This document shows, one piece after another, positions 1 through 9,769 of a stretch of 32,000 nt of DNA (the first letter of the stretch is position 1; each line of letters opens with the position of its first letter). A program made the position numbers and the translations under genes. Location of the stretch: contig AE017199.1 in assembly GCA_000008085.1 (NCBI GenBank), positions 210,001-242,000 of the forward strand, given 5' to 3'. The notes beneath the pieces were generated by a model that ran no database searches, was not told the DNA's origin, and worked only from the letters and a program-made list of their open reading frames with translations. The stretch comes from Nanoarchaeum equitans Kin4-M (GTDB lineage: Archaea; Nanobdellota; Nanobdellia; Nanobdellales; Nanoarchaeaceae).

Positions 1-422
1 AAATTGATGAAATCGTACCATTTTTAACTAAGCTAATAGTATTTATTTTTCTATTGCAATATTTATCATGGGTTAAGATTAAAGAGTTGCAATTATTATT
101 TATGCTTGTCTCCCTCTATGGAACAATAATATTTTCTTTGGGCCTAGTATTAATAGTTGGTCTAATTTTTGGAGAAATAATAAAGCAATTGATATTAAAA
201 ACCAACATAGATATAAAAGAAAGGCTTGGAGAAAACATAAAACTATTTATTGCCTCTCTATTCGTTGTTTCTTCAATAAATATAATAAGCTATTTACTTG
301 TTTTCACTCCATTTGAAATAGATACTAGTATTGTAAATTTGGTTTTCTTTATTCTAACTCTATTTTTGTTTGCGCCATTATTATTAAGAATAGCCGTAAA
401 AACCTATTATGGTAGGTTATGA
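1..422 (+). CDS. Multi-pass membrane protein, probably 5'-truncated by the window edge (hypothetical)
   Basis: Track ORF 54..422 starts at a TTG. The same frame is stop-free back to nt 3 (IDEIVPFLTKLIVFIFL...), so the gene likely begins left of the window. Several hydrophobic helices, no recognisable family. Confidence 0.5.
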   Translation, partial: IDEIVPFLTKLIVFIFLLQYLSWVKIKELQLLFMLVSLYGTIIFSLGLVLIVGLIFGEIIKQLILKTNIDIKERLGENIKLFIASLFVVSSINIISYLLVFTPFEIDTSIVNLVFFILTLFLFAPLLLRIAVKTYYGRL

Positions 423-936
423 GCCTGCAGAAGACACATTTTTGTTATTAAAATGGGCCAAAAAATTTGCTAAAGGCAAAATATTAGAAATCGGAGTAGG
501 AAGCGGTTACATATTAGAAAACCTATTAAAAAAGGGCTTCGATGCTTATGGAGTAGAAATAGACAAAGATGTTTTAAAATATTTAAAAGAAAAATTTAAA
601 GACAGGGTTTGGTATAGCGATTTATTTAGCAATGTAAATGACAAATACGATCTAATAATTTTTAACCCGCCTTATTTACCAGAAGAAGGTTGGGAAGATG
701 AAAAAACAAAACTATGGACCGTAGGAGGAAAAGAAGGCAACGAAATAATATTAAAATTTATAGAACAATTGCCATTCTATTTAAAGGAGGGGGGAAAAGC
801 CATAATAATAGTAAGCTCTCTATCAAATCCAAATAAAGTGTTTGAAAAAATAAAAGAATTAGGAATGAAATACGAAATATTGGAGGAAATGTCATTGTTT
901 TTTGAAAGGCTTTACGCTGTTCTTATTTATAAATAA
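409..936 (+). CDS. HemK/PrmC-family N5-glutamine methyltransferase (Mtq2-like)
   Basis: N-terminal YEPAEDTFLL, SAM-binding ILEIGVGSGY and catalytic NPPY (IIFNPPYLP). Size (175 aa) is typical of archaeal Mtq2. Start overlaps the upstream ORF by 14 nt. Confidence 0.75.
   Translation: MVGYEPAEDTFLLLKWAKKFAKGKILEIGVGSGYILENLLKKGFDAYGVEIDKDVLKYLKEKFKDRVWYSDLFSNVNDKYDLIIFNPPYLPEEGWEDEKTKLWTVGGKEGNEIILKFIEQLPFYLKEGGKAIIIVSSLSNPNKVFEKIKELGMKYEILEEMSLFFERLYAVLIYK
926..935 (+). promoter_or_regulatory. TATA-like box (TTTATAAATA) upstream of leuS
   Basis: First T is 28 nt before the leuS ATG at 954. Overlaps the stop codon of the methyltransferase gene. Same spacing pattern recurs through the window. 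Confidence 0.5.
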
Positions 937-953
937 TAGTTTTAGTATCAAAG

Positions 954-3887
954 ATGAAAAAGTTCTTTGTAACAGCAGCGTTCCCATATGTAAATGGTTA
1001 TTTACATTTGGGCCATCTAGTAACATACATAAAAGCAGAAATTACAGCAAGATACAAGAAAATGAGGGGTTATGATGTTTTATTCCCAATGGGCTTCCAT
1101 GCTACTGGTGCCCCAATATATGCTGCGGCATATAAAGTATCTATTGGGGATCCTAAACAAATAGAAACTTTAAAGAAAATGGGAATAAAAGACATAGAAA
1201 AATTCAAAGACCCAGCTTATTGGGTTGAGTATTTCTCTAAAGCAGCAAAAGAGGATTTATCTAAATTGGGCTTTATGATAGAATGGGAAAGATCTTTTAC
1301 CACAGTATTCAACAAACCATTCCATAAATTTGTTGAATGGCAATACCACAGGCTTAGAGAGAAAGGTTATATCTATAGAGGGGCACACCCAATTGTATGG
1401 GATCCAAAAGTTAATATGGTTATTGGCGACCACGATAGGCCCGATGATTATGCTGGAATAAGACCAATAGAAGGAGTAATAATTAAATTCTATTCAAAAG
1501 ACTTAGATGCGTATTTGCCAGCATTTACATTAAGACCAGAAACAGTTTTTGGAGTAGTAAACATATGGGTAAACCCAGAAACCGAATATGTATTAGCAAA
1601 GGTCAAAAAAGTATTTTATGTATACGAATTGTATAGTCTATACAAAAAATTTGGAAGGCTCCCATTAAATATAGAAAATAGGGACAAACTAGAAAAACTA
1701 ATTCAAGACTATAATAATCTATTAGATAGGCTAAAGCAATATGAAAAAGGTATAGATTTGATAGCCCACGCTGAAGAGATTGCCTATAAACCAAAAGAAG
1801 AATTTGTTAAAGAATTAAAAGAATTCGCTGAAAAAGAAGGCATTAAAATAGAAGAAAAAGATATAGAATTACTATATGAATATTACAATACAAAAGTAGA
1901 AACCCAAGAAGAAAAATGGATATTACCCAATACTATAGTAATAGAAGAGCTTAAAAACCAAGATTTTGAAATAGAAATAATAGGTAAAATAGATAAACTA
2001 ATAAAAACTCTCGCAGAAAACCCAGTAACAAAAGAATTAGTCCCAGTATTGCCAGCAAAATTTGTAGACCCAGAGGTTGGAACTGGCATAGTAATGTCTG
2101 TCCCAAGCCATGCTCCTTATGATTATGTTGGATTATTAGATTTGATAAAAACCGAACTAAAAGAATTCGCTGAGCAAGCTCTAAAAAATGTTAGACCTGT
2201 AGTAAAAGTAGAAGGCTTTAGTGAAATGCCTGCTAAAGATATAGTTGAATCTATGAATATAACATCACAAGAGGAAAGAGATAAATTAGAAAAAGCCACA
2301 CAAAGATTATATTCTAAAGAATTCTACCATGGGGTATTAACAGAACACGCCCAACAATTCCAAGGCTTACCAGTTAAAGAAGCGAAAATGAAAATAGCCG
2401 AATATCTAATGGAAAATGGTTATGGTTATATCTATTATACCCTTCCTGTAAGGTTTAAATCCAGGTATGGAAACAAAGTTGTAGTTAAACTTGTTAAAGG
2501 CCAATGGTTCATTAAATATAGCGATAAACAATGGAAAGAATTGGCCCACAAAGCTGTGGAAAATATGAAATTCTATCCCCCACAAGTAAAAGAGCTAATA
2601 AAAGAAAAAATAGATTGGTATGATGATTGGGCCTTTACCCATCAAAAAGAATTAGGTACTGCCCTCCCATGGGATCCAAAATGGGTTATAGAATCCCTCT
2701 CTGATTCTACAATATACACAGCTTATTATACAATAGCCCATATATTACAACATCCAGAGAAATATAATATAGACTGGGATAAGCTAACGATAGATGTATT
2801 TGATTATGTATTCCTAGGAAAAGGCGATCCTAAAGAAATAGCTAAAAAAACTGGTATAAGCGAAGAAATATTAAAAGAAATGAGAAACCAATTTGAATAT
2901 TGGTATCCTGTAGATATAAGGTTTAGCGCCCAAGATTTAATAGCAAACCATTTGGTATTCTATATATTCCACCATGTAGCAATTTTCCCAGAAAGTAAAT
3001 GGCCCAGAGGTATAGCAGTTTCTGGCTTCGTTACAGTAAATGGAGAAAAGATGTCTAAAAGCAAGGGCAATTTTATTACAATTAGAGAAGCTATCCAAAG
3101 ATATGGTAGAGACGCTGTAAGGCTTGCTGCAGCATATGCTGGGAATGCTGAATTAGTTGATCAAAATATTGATCTAGAATTTATGGAGAAAGCCAAAAAC
3201 GAAATAATACCAAGGATAGAAAGCTATTTAGATATGGAAGGCTATGATAGAGATGAAAATAGCTTAGATAAATGGATAGTCAATAGAATTAGATTATACT
3301 TCAAAAAATTGGAAGAATACTATGAAAACATAAGACCAAGAGATGTTATTAACGAATTCTTCAAATTAGAAAACGATTTCAATTTCTATAGAGCTTTAGT
3401 ATTAGAAAAACCCCATAAGAGGGCAATAGAATATTTCAAAAAAGCAGTAAAAGCTTTATGGCCTATTATTCCCCATGTTGTTAGAGAACCTGCATGGATT
3501 GGTAAAGAAGAGCCAGACGAACCATGGATTAGGGTAGGACAATATGTAGACCAAGTAATAAAAGATTTGGCTAATACATTAAAATTGGTAAGAATTAGTA
3601 TGGCAAGAAATGTTAGCCATAGGTTAGCAGATTTGGTTAAACTATATTACGAAGGAGCAAAGCTAACAGAAGAAGAAAAGGAAGAAATAAGAGAATTTAT
3701 CGAATGGAAACCTGTCAGGATAAAAATAATATACAAAAACCCCTCAGAATTTGATATATTGAGAGACATAATACCATACATAGAGAAAGTTTTTGGAGGG
3801 AAAGTAGTATTAGAATTGGCTTCCGAATCAAAAGAAGAAAAAGCTAAGAGAGCCAAAGAATTTAAACCAGCCTTCGTTATAGAATAA
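954..3887 (+). CDS. leuS: Leucyl-tRNA synthetase (archaeal type)
   Basis: Class I signatures HLGH (YLHLGHL) and KMSKS (EKMSKSKGN). TLRPETVFG and GTGIVMSVPSHAPYDY flank the CP1/editing insertion. 977 aa. Confidence 0.92.
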   Translation: MKKFFVTAAFPYVNGYLHLGHLVTYIKAEITARYKKMRGYDVLFPMGFHATGAPIYAAAYKVSIGDPKQIETLKKMGIKDIEKFKDPAYWVEYFSKAAKEDLSKLGFMIEWERSFTTVFNKPFHKFVEWQYHRLREKGYIYRGAHPIVWDPKVNMVIGDHDRPDDYAGIRPIEGVIIKFYSKDLDAYLPAFTLRPETVFGVVNIWVNPETEYVLAKVKKVFYVYELYSLYKKFGRLPLNIENRDKLEKLIQDYNNLLDRLKQYEKGIDLIAHAEEIAYKPKEEFVKELKEFAEKEGIKIEEKDIELLYEYYNTKVETQEEKWILPNTIVIEELKNQDFEIEIIGKIDKLIKTLAENPVTKELVPVLPAKFVDPEVGTGIVMSVPSHAPYDYVGLLDLIKTELKEFAEQALKNVRPVVKVEGFSEMPAKDIVESMNITSQEERDKLEKATQRLYSKEFYHGVLTEHAQQFQGLPVKEAKMKIAEYLMENGYGYIYYTLPVRFKSRYGNKVVVKLVKGQWFIKYSDKQWKELAHKAVENMKFYPPQVKELIKEKIDWYDDWAFTHQKELGTALPWDPKWVIESLSDSTIYTAYYTIAHILQHPEKYNIDWDKLTIDVFDYVFLGKGDPKEIAKKTGISEEILKEMRNQFEYWYPVDIRFSAQDLIANHLVFYIFHHVAIFPESKWPRGIAVSGFVTVNGEKMSKSKGNFITIREAIQRYGRDAVRLAAAYAGNAELVDQNIDLEFMEKAKNEIIPRIESYLDMEGYDRDENSLDKWIVNRIRLYFKKLEEYYENIRPRDVINEFFKLENDFNFYRALVLEKPHKRAIEYFKKAVKALWPIIPHVVREPAWIGKEEPDEPWIRVGQYVDQVIKDLANTLKLVRISMARNVSHRLADLVKLYYEGAKLTEEEKEEIREFIEWKPVRIKIIYKNPSEFDILRDIIPYIEKVFGGKVVLELASESKEEKAKRAKEFKPAFVIE

Positions 3888-3905
3888 ATTCTTTGCTTAT
3901 TATAA

Positions 3906-3913
3906 TTTAAACT
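3906..3913 (+). promoter_or_regulatory. TATA-like box (TTTAAACT) upstream of the PolD small subunit gene
   Basis: Lies 27 nt before the ATG at 3933. Confidence 0.45.
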
Positions 3914-3932
3914 CCCATCTCTATAACACCTA

Positions 3933-5513
3933 ATGACTAATAAGGTTTTTTCTATACTAAAAGAATATGGTTTACTCGCTGGCGATAAAAAAGTTATCGA
4001 TTTTTTATCTCAATTGGATGAAGACGAAATTAGAAAGATTCTCCTTAAAGTAAAGAAGAAAAATGTGATGGTTATTAAATTGGAACACGTTAAAATGTTC
4101 AAAGAGACCACAGAAATAACGATAGAAAAGAAAGAAAATAAAATCTCTATATCAAAAAAGAACACCACATCGATTTTACAATTTATTCAAATAAAAGAGG
4201 AATCAAAAGAGATAAAAGAAACTAAAAAGGAAGAAGAAGTAGAAATAATTCATACTACTAAAAAACCCGAAGATGTCGATACCTCTATAGAGATAATAAA
4301 ACCTATAGAAGCTAAGGCAAAAAAATGGACAGTCCAAGATTTTGTTAATTTCTATAAAAACAAATTAGATTTCTATAAAAGATTATTAAAAGGAAGGTTA
4401 AACCCAATAAGCATTAGAAATGTTTTAAATCTAAAAGAAAATACAGAAGTCTCTATAATAGGGAGGGTATTCGAAATAGTGAAAAGGGATAACTACGCTT
4501 CTTTAGTTTTAGAGGATACAACTGGAAGAGTAATAGTAAAATTATTTCCTGATACTCCAGCATGGGAAAAACTAAAAATGATGGTACCAGATGATATAGT
4601 AGGAGTGCAAGGCATAGTTGGTAAAAACGCCTCTATAATAGCTAAAGATATTATTTATCCGGACATACCAACAAAACAAATAAAAAGGGCAAATGATGAT
4701 GTTTACGCTTTGTTTATTACAGATATACATGTAGGTTCCAAATATTTCTTGGAAAACCATTTCAAGAAATTCTTGGATTGGCTAAACCTAAAGAAAGGCG
4801 ATATAGAAATAGCGAAAAAAGTTAAATATCTAATAATAACTGGCGATTTGGTTGATGGGGTTGGTATCTATCCAGAGCAAGAAAAAGAATTAGTTATAAC
4901 AGACATAGAAGAGCAATATGAATATTTCGCCAAACTATTAACCGAATATTTAAATAGAGATGATATAAAAGTAATATTAATTCCCGGTAACCACGATGCC
5001 GTTAGATTGGAAGAACCCCAACCCCCGATACCAAGAGATATAGCTAAATCCCTATATAGAGAAGGTTTCTATTTATTACCTAATCCAAGTTGGGTTAGAA
5101 TACATAAAAAAGATGATTTCGAAGGTTTCGATTTATTGTTATACCATGGTTACGCTTTCGATTGGATTATATCCAATACCGAAGCAGTAATGGATGGTTA
5201 TTTACATCCAGAAAAAGTAATGCAATTGTTATTAGTAAAAAGGCAACTATTTTCAGGCCATGGCTCTAGCCCATATGTACCCCAATTGCCCGATCCATTT
5301 TTGATAGATATAGTACCAGATATATTTGTTACGGGCCATATACATAGAGTTGGGTTAGGAGAATACAAAGGCACTATATTATTAAATGCTGGTTGTTGGC
5401 AGGAAACAACACCATTCCAAAAAAAGGTGGGCCATGTCCCAGATCCTGGTAAGGCGATAGCGATAAACCTAAAAACTAGGGACAAAACTATATTAAAGTT
5501 CTATGAAAACTAA
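3933..5513 (+). CDS. polB: DNA polymerase II (PolD) small subunit DP1
   Basis: Calcineurin-like phosphoesterase motifs (FITDIHVGS, ITGDLVDG, IPGNHDA, VTGHIH), a preceding OB-fold-like region and a K/E-rich linker. 526 aa. No DP2 gene adjacent. Confidence 0.85.
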   Translation: MTNKVFSILKEYGLLAGDKKVIDFLSQLDEDEIRKILLKVKKKNVMVIKLEHVKMFKETTEITIEKKENKISISKKNTTSILQFIQIKEESKEIKETKKEEEVEIIHTTKKPEDVDTSIEIIKPIEAKAKKWTVQDFVNFYKNKLDFYKRLLKGRLNPISIRNVLNLKENTEVSIIGRVFEIVKRDNYASLVLEDTTGRVIVKLFPDTPAWEKLKMMVPDDIVGVQGIVGKNASIIAKDIIYPDIPTKQIKRANDDVYALFITDIHVGSKYFLENHFKKFLDWLNLKKGDIEIAKKVKYLIITGDLVDGVGIYPEQEKELVITDIEEQYEYFAKLLTEYLNRDDIKVILIPGNHDAVRLEEPQPPIPRDIAKSLYREGFYLLPNPSWVRIHKKDDFEGFDLLLYHGYAFDWIISNTEAVMDGYLHPEKVMQLLLVKRQLFSGHGSSPYVPQLPDPFLIDIVPDIFVTGHIHRVGLGEYKGTILLNAGCWQETTPFQKKVGHVPDPGKAIAINLKTRDKTILKFYEN

Positions 5514-5516
5514 AGT

Positions 5517-5524
5517 TTTATAAA
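5517..5524 (+). promoter_or_regulatory. TATA-like box (TTTATAAA) upstream of rpl6
   Basis: Lies 28 nt before the ATG at 5545. Confidence 0.45.
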
Positions 5525-5544
5525 CCATAATATTAAGACGGCGA

Positions 5545-6123
5545 ATGCGTATTCCTATAATAAAATATGAAATACCTATTCCAGAAAATGTAAAGGTTTC
5601 TTACGAAAATAACATATTAAAAGTTTCTGGCCCAAAAGGAGAAGTAGAAAGGAAGTTCTACCACCCATTAATAAAGCTTTCTGTTAATGACAATAAAATA
5701 ATTTTAGAGACATACTTTGCAACAAGAAGGGAAAAAAGACTAATAAATACATGGAGATCGCATATTAAAAATATGTTAGAAGGAGTACAAAACCCATTTG
5801 TTTATAGGTTAAAAGTATGTTATACCCATTTCCCTATGAGAGTAAAGTTAGAAGGCAATAAACTAATTGTTGAAAACTTCTTAGGAGAAAAGGCCCCAAT
5901 TATAAAAGAGTTACCTTATTTAGATAAGGTAAAAGTAAAAATAGAGCAAAACAAAGATGAAACCGAAATAGTAGTGGAAAGCCCTGATAAAGAGAAAGCC
6001 GGTATCGTCGCTTCTATGATAGAACAATCTACAAGGTTCTTACATAAAAGGAAAGATAGAAGAAGGTTTACTGATGGTATTTGGCTATACTATAAAGCCG
6101 GTAAAAATATATTAGAAGAGTAA
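5545..6123 (+). CDS. rpl6: 50S ribosomal protein L6 (uL6)
   Basis: Typical archaeal L6P N-terminus (IPIPENVKVSYENNILKVSGPKGEVERKF) and two-domain length of 192 aa. Confidence 0.85.
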   Translation: MRIPIIKYEIPIPENVKVSYENNILKVSGPKGEVERKFYHPLIKLSVNDNKIILETYFATRREKRLINTWRSHIKNMLEGVQNPFVYRLKVCYTHFPMRVKLEGNKLIVENFLGEKAPIIKELPYLDKVKVKIEQNKDETEIVVESPDKEKAGIVASMIEQSTRFLHKRKDRRRFTDGIWLYYKAGKNILEE

Positions 6124-6126
6124 ATT

Positions 6127-6134
6127 TTTAAATC
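6127..6134 (+). promoter_or_regulatory. TATA-like box (TTTAAATC) upstream of rps7
   Basis: Lies 27 nt before the ATG at 6154. Confidence 0.45.
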
Positions 6135-6153
6135 ACTTTTTACATAGCCATCG

Positions 6154-6750
6154 ATGAAGATGAAGCTATTCGGAAGATGGGATTATGAAGATGTTACTGT
6201 AGAGGATCCTGGACTAAGAGATTATATAAATCTAAAACCCATGTTAATACCATATAGCGGAGGAAGGCATCAAAAACATAGATTTGGCAAAGCAAAAATA
6301 CCAATAATAGAAAGATTAGCTGGAAGGTTAATGACTTCTGGCCATTTAGGGAAAAAACATAAATGGACTAGCGAACACCAAACAGGTAAAAAATATAATG
6401 CTTACAAAATAATAATAAGAACTTTCGAGATTATTGAAAAAAGGACTAAACAAAACCCATTAAAGGTTTTTGTAAAAGCAATAGAAAATGCTGCTCCAAG
6501 GGAAGAAACTACTACTATAGAATATGGTGGTGCTAGATATCCAAAAGCTGTTGATTGTTCTCCTCAAAGGAGGGTTGATTTGGCTATTAGACATATGGTT
6601 TGGGGAGCGTTCCATGGCTCTAGGAAAAAGCCAATATCAATAGAAGAAGCATTGGCGGAAGAAATAATTAACGCATATAACAATTCTCTAAAAAGCTACG
6701 CAATAAAAAGAAAACTCGAAATAGAGAAAACCGCAGAATCCGCTAGGTAA
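6154..6750 (+). CDS. rps7: 30S ribosomal protein S7 (uS7)
   Basis: Archaeal S7P hallmarks: KLFGRWDYEDVTVEDPGL, IIERLAGRLM, ENAAPREETTTIEYGGARYPKAVD. 198 aa. Confidence 0.9.
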   Translation: MKMKLFGRWDYEDVTVEDPGLRDYINLKPMLIPYSGGRHQKHRFGKAKIPIIERLAGRLMTSGHLGKKHKWTSEHQTGKKYNAYKIIIRTFEIIEKRTKQNPLKVFVKAIENAAPREETTTIEYGGARYPKAVDCSPQRRVDLAIRHMVWGAFHGSRKKPISIEEALAEEIINAYNNSLKSYAIKRKLEIEKTAESAR

Positions 6751-7412
6751 TGTATGAACTAATTTTTTCCCCCCAATATATAAACAAAGACAAAAAAATA
6801 TTAATCCCCCTAGGTTTTTTCTTCGTTATACTCTCTTATATAATACAAACCTATTTAGACATTGATTTATTTCGATCGAGAGTTAGCCTATATTTTATTC
6901 TAACATTATTAATATCTCAAATTACGACAAAACTATTTGAAATGTTCGAATTCGAGGAGGAAATAAAAGAATTAAAAATAAGAGATTTTTTAGAAATCTA
7001 CATATTGCTTTCGATAGGTATATTATTGGGCTTTTTAGTTATACCGCAAAATTTCTCTATTAGCTTCTCTCCTACGGGTATAGAGTATATATTAGTTAAT
7101 AACTTAAAATTAGCATACACATTTTTTGTTTTGTCTTTTTTGTTTGGGATCGGTAGCGAATTCTTATTAGCGTATAATTTAGATATTCTGGCTTATGCAA
7201 TAAAACAAAAACCAATACTATTACCATTAGCAATGCTAGAATTTGCAGGCTTTTTGTTGTTTTCGCTAGCAGGGGGTATATTGTCTATAAGTATTATAAG
7301 GAATAGTCTAAATAAATATATTTTAATCGATATAGCGAAAATACTATTATTCGGAACAGCCATTTTAATTACTTCCTATATAATCGAGCTTTCAATGATA
7401 TACTTTTTATAA
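6750..7412 (+). CDS. Multi-pass membrane protein (hypothetical; weak resemblance to the DUF95/SpoIIM-type LEFAG motif)
   Basis: ATG overlaps the S7 stop (TAATG). About 5-6 hydrophobic helices. No firm family assignment. Confidence 0.55.
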   Translation: MYELIFSPQYINKDKKILIPLGFFFVILSYIIQTYLDIDLFRSRVSLYFILTLLISQITTKLFEMFEFEEEIKELKIRDFLEIYILLSIGILLGFLVIPQNFSISFSPTGIEYILVNNLKLAYTFFVLSFLFGIGSEFLLAYNLDILAYAIKQKPILLPLAMLEFAGFLLFSLAGGILSISIIRNSLNKYILIDIAKILLFGTAILITSYIIELSMIYFL

Positions 7413-7415
7413 TGA

Positions 7416-8228
7416 ATGAAAGTTGGTTTAGAGATACATCAACAATTAGATACTAAAAAATTGTTTTGCGAATGTGAATCAAAGCTTAGTGACAATGTTA
7501 GATTTAAAGTAAAAAGATATTTACACCCTGTAGCAGGGGAATCTGGAGAATATGATATAGCTACTCTATTCGAAAAAGCTAAGAACAAATACTATATTTA
7601 CGAAGTTACAGACAATTCTTGTTTAGTTGAATTGGATGAAGAGCCCCCCCATTTAGTAAACGAAGAAGCAATTAAGATCGCTTTAGATGTTGCAGAATCT
7701 CTAAATATGAAGGTAATACCAATAATACAAGTTATGAGGAAAACCGTAATAGATGGTTCAAACACTACTGGTTTCCAGAGAACTATGCTAATAGCCATAG
7801 ATGGTTATTTAGAGATTAAAGGTAAAAAAATTAGAATACAATCTTTATGCTTAGAAGAAGACGCAGCAAGAAAAATAGAAGAAACCGATAAATATGTGGT
7901 TTATAGGTTAGACCGCTTAGGGATCCCCTTATTGGAAATAACAACTTACCCAGATATAGATGATCCTGAATTGGCTAAAAAAGTAGCAGAAAGAATAGGC
8001 CTAATATTAAGACTAACAGGGAAAGTAAAAAGGGGTTTAGGCACAGTGAGACAAGACCTAAATGTTTCTATAGAGGGAGGAGAAAAAATAGAAATAAAAG
8101 GAGTACAAAATTTAAGAGATATTCCTAAAATAATAGAGCTAGAAGTAAAAAGACAGCAAGACTTAAAAAAATGGCAAGAAGAAGTTAAAAAAAGAGGTAT
8201 AGATGGTTTCGAATTAGTAGAGCTTTAG
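7416..8228 (+). CDS. gatE: Glu-tRNA(Gln) amidotransferase subunit E, N-terminal fragment only (split-gene half)
   Basis: MKVGLEIHQQLDT.KLFCEC, LVELDEEPPH, RKTVIDGSNTTGFQRT, LCLEEDAARK, LDRLGIPLLEITT and RGLGTVRQDLNVS match the GatE/GatB cradle domain. The ORF stops after 270 aa, whereas GatE proteins are roughly 600+ aa. Confidence 0.8.
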   Translation: MKVGLEIHQQLDTKKLFCECESKLSDNVRFKVKRYLHPVAGESGEYDIATLFEKAKNKYYIYEVTDNSCLVELDEEPPHLVNEEAIKIALDVAESLNMKVIPIIQVMRKTVIDGSNTTGFQRTMLIAIDGYLEIKGKKIRIQSLCLEEDAARKIEETDKYVVYRLDRLGIPLLEITTYPDIDDPELAKKVAERIGLILRLTGKVKRGLGTVRQDLNVSIEGGEKIEIKGVQNLRDIPKIIELEVKRQQDLKKWQEEVKKRGIDGFELVEL

Positions 8229-8561
8229 GTTGCCAGTTATTTGGTCTATCTTTTCATCTTCGTCAGGGCCTAAAGCAATACAAATTATTGTGCCTGGACT
8301 AACTTGGGTTTTGCCTGCATCTCTTATTATAGAAACAACTATGCCTTTTTCCATTGCTTTTTTCGCTATGTCTAATAATTCTTCTAAGCTATTTACTTTT
8401 AGAACTACTTTCTTTGCTCCTTCTCTATACCATCTATCGAATAGCTCTTTATTATTTCTATAAACCTTTAGTGCTGCATCTAAAGAAGCATGAGCAACTT
8501 GGGCGCAAAGTTTGCCTTTTCCTATATCTAATTTTCTACAAACTATTACTTGCTTAACCAT
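8214..8561 (-). CDS. pth: Peptidyl-tRNA hydrolase, archaeal type (Pth2)
   Basis: [25 protein letters not shown]...KVVLKV...DAGKTQV.PGT..C.ALGP, 115 aa, canonical Pth2. Its 3' end overlaps gatE-N convergently by 15 nt. Confidence 0.88.
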   Translation of the reverse strand: MVKQVIVCRKLDIGKGKLCAQVAHASLDAALKVYRNNKELFDRWYREGAKKVVLKVNSLEELLDIAKKAMEKGIVVSIIRDAGKTQVSPGTIICIALGPDEDEKIDQITGNLKLY

Positions 8562-9196
8562 ACCGCTAATAAATAGTTATCCAAGTTCTTGGCGATTTCA
8601 CAGTTTTCTCTATATTCTATCAAAAAGGTCTTATTATAAGCTATAATGGATTTTACCTCTTTTTTACCACAATAAGTAAAAGAACTATCAATTAAAGAAC
8701 ATTCCTCCAATTTTTTATATATTTCGGGTTTTTCCATACTTGGAGTACAACAAGCTATTTGGTTTTTATATTGGGGGCCGTAAATAATATAAAAACAAGC
8801 TAAAGCGCTATTTAAATTACCAAAATTGGCCATATAATATAGAAAAGCCTTATAACAATCGTATTCTATATATTTTTCCAAAATATTACATTCTAAAGAA
8901 CCATACTTTTTTAGGCAAGCCAATTTTATATCGCTTAAAGTATAATCATCTAATTCCAAATCTAAAAACTTTAATTTATTTAACTCTTTGTTTACAAACT
9001 CTTTGGCCAATTCTTTCACATCTATTGGGTTAACACTACATTTTAGATTCTTTATAGCAGAAATTGTGGTTTCCTCTGAAGCTAAAGAAATAGCTTTTAT
9101 CGATTGAAAAATTGTATTTTTAGCAACAAACAAAGCAATAAAAAGGGATAAGGCTAATAAAATTAAATAATTTACGCTCTCAAGCGCTCTCCTCAT
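8546..9196 (-). CDS. N-terminally membrane-anchored Cys-rich protein (hypothetical)
   Basis: A single N-terminal hydrophobic helix ([15 protein letters not shown]) followed by a domain with about 10 Cys. Overlaps rps4 (17 nt) upstream and pth (16 nt) downstream on the same strand. Confidence 0.55.
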   Translation of the reverse strand: MRRALESVNYLILLALSLFIALFVAKNTIFQSIKAISLASEETTISAIKNLKCSVNPIDVKELAKEFVNKELNKLKFLDLELDDYTLSDIKLACLKKYGSLECNILEKYIEYDCYKAFLYYMANFGNLNSALACFYIIYGPQYKNQIACCTPSMEKPEIYKKLEECSLIDSSFTYCGKKEVKSIIAYNKTFLIEYRENCEIAKNLDNYLLAVWLSK

Positions 9197-9722
9197 TAGT
9201 TTCCTCTTTTTGTTCTAGTTTTCTAGCTGGATGTTCTGGATTAGCTAATGGAGAAAAAGGCACAAACTCAATTTTGTCTTCTTCCTCTTTTTTAACCAAA
9301 TAAGATGGAGCATCTACTACTTCGCCGTTAACCATTATATGGCCATGTACTATAAATTGCCTCGCTTGTTTCATTGTTTTAGCTAAGCCTTTCCTTACTA
9401 ACATGGTTTGTAGCCTTCTTTCTAAAACATCTTTAACAGTCAAATCCAAAACATCATCTAATTCGGCATTTTCGCTTAATACTCCCAATTTCTTAAGCTT
9501 AGTCAAAAATCTTTCTTTTTCTTCGCTAATGTCTTGGCCTGCCGCTTGTTTAGCGTTTAGGTATCTAGCATAAGCACGCCATTTTCTAGCAATTGTTTCA
9601 GCAATCCATAATTCTCTCTTATTTTTTAACCCATATTCTTTCATTAATCTTTTTTCAATTATTAGTCTTTGCTTTTGCCATGGATGAGAAGGCCCTTCCC
9701 ATTTTCTTCTTTGTCTCCACAT
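9180..9722 (-). CDS. rps4: 30S ribosomal protein S4 (uS4)
   Basis: [17 protein letters not shown]-terminus and S4 RNA-binding domain ([32 protein letters not shown]). 180 aa. Confidence 0.9.
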   Translation of the reverse strand: MWRQRRKWEGPSHPWQKQRLIIEKRLMKEYGLKNKRELWIAETIARKWRAYARYLNAKQAAGQDISEEKERFLTKLKKLGVLSENAELDDVLDLTVKDVLERRLQTMLVRKGLAKTMKQARQFIVHGHIMVNGEVVDAPSYLVKKEEEDKIEFVPFSPLANPEHPARKLEQKEETNEESA

Positions 9723-9743
9723 TGGATATGGAATAAAAATATT

Positions 9744-9751
9744 TTTATAAA
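9744..9751. promoter_or_regulatory. Shared central TATA element (ATTTTTATAAAT) of the divergent rps4 / rrp41-like pair
   Basis: The spacer is 47 bp. TTTATAAA starts 26 nt before the + strand ATG (9770). The near-palindromic complement lies 26-28 nt before the - strand ATG (9722). Confidence 0.5.
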
Positions 9752-9769
9752 TGTTCTTTCCAAATACAA

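Noticed and set aside
1603-2089. Minus-strand ORFs 1603..1794 and 1883..2089 (and 3647..3856) inside leuS
   Set aside because: They lie antisense to a confidently identified aaRS gene. The products are low-complexity and hydrophobic, typical of shadow frames in AT-rich DNA, and no -26 TATA box precedes them.
8230-8557. Plus-strand ORFs 8230..8463 and 8354..8557
   Set aside because: They are antisense shadows of the well-supported pth (Pth2) gene. The same reasoning applies to 4572..4760, 5198..5485, 7598..7798, 11043..11447, 12058..12264, 12497..12700, 13774..14007, 16149..16565, 17328..17735, 19807..20052, 20856..21584 and 23614..23871.
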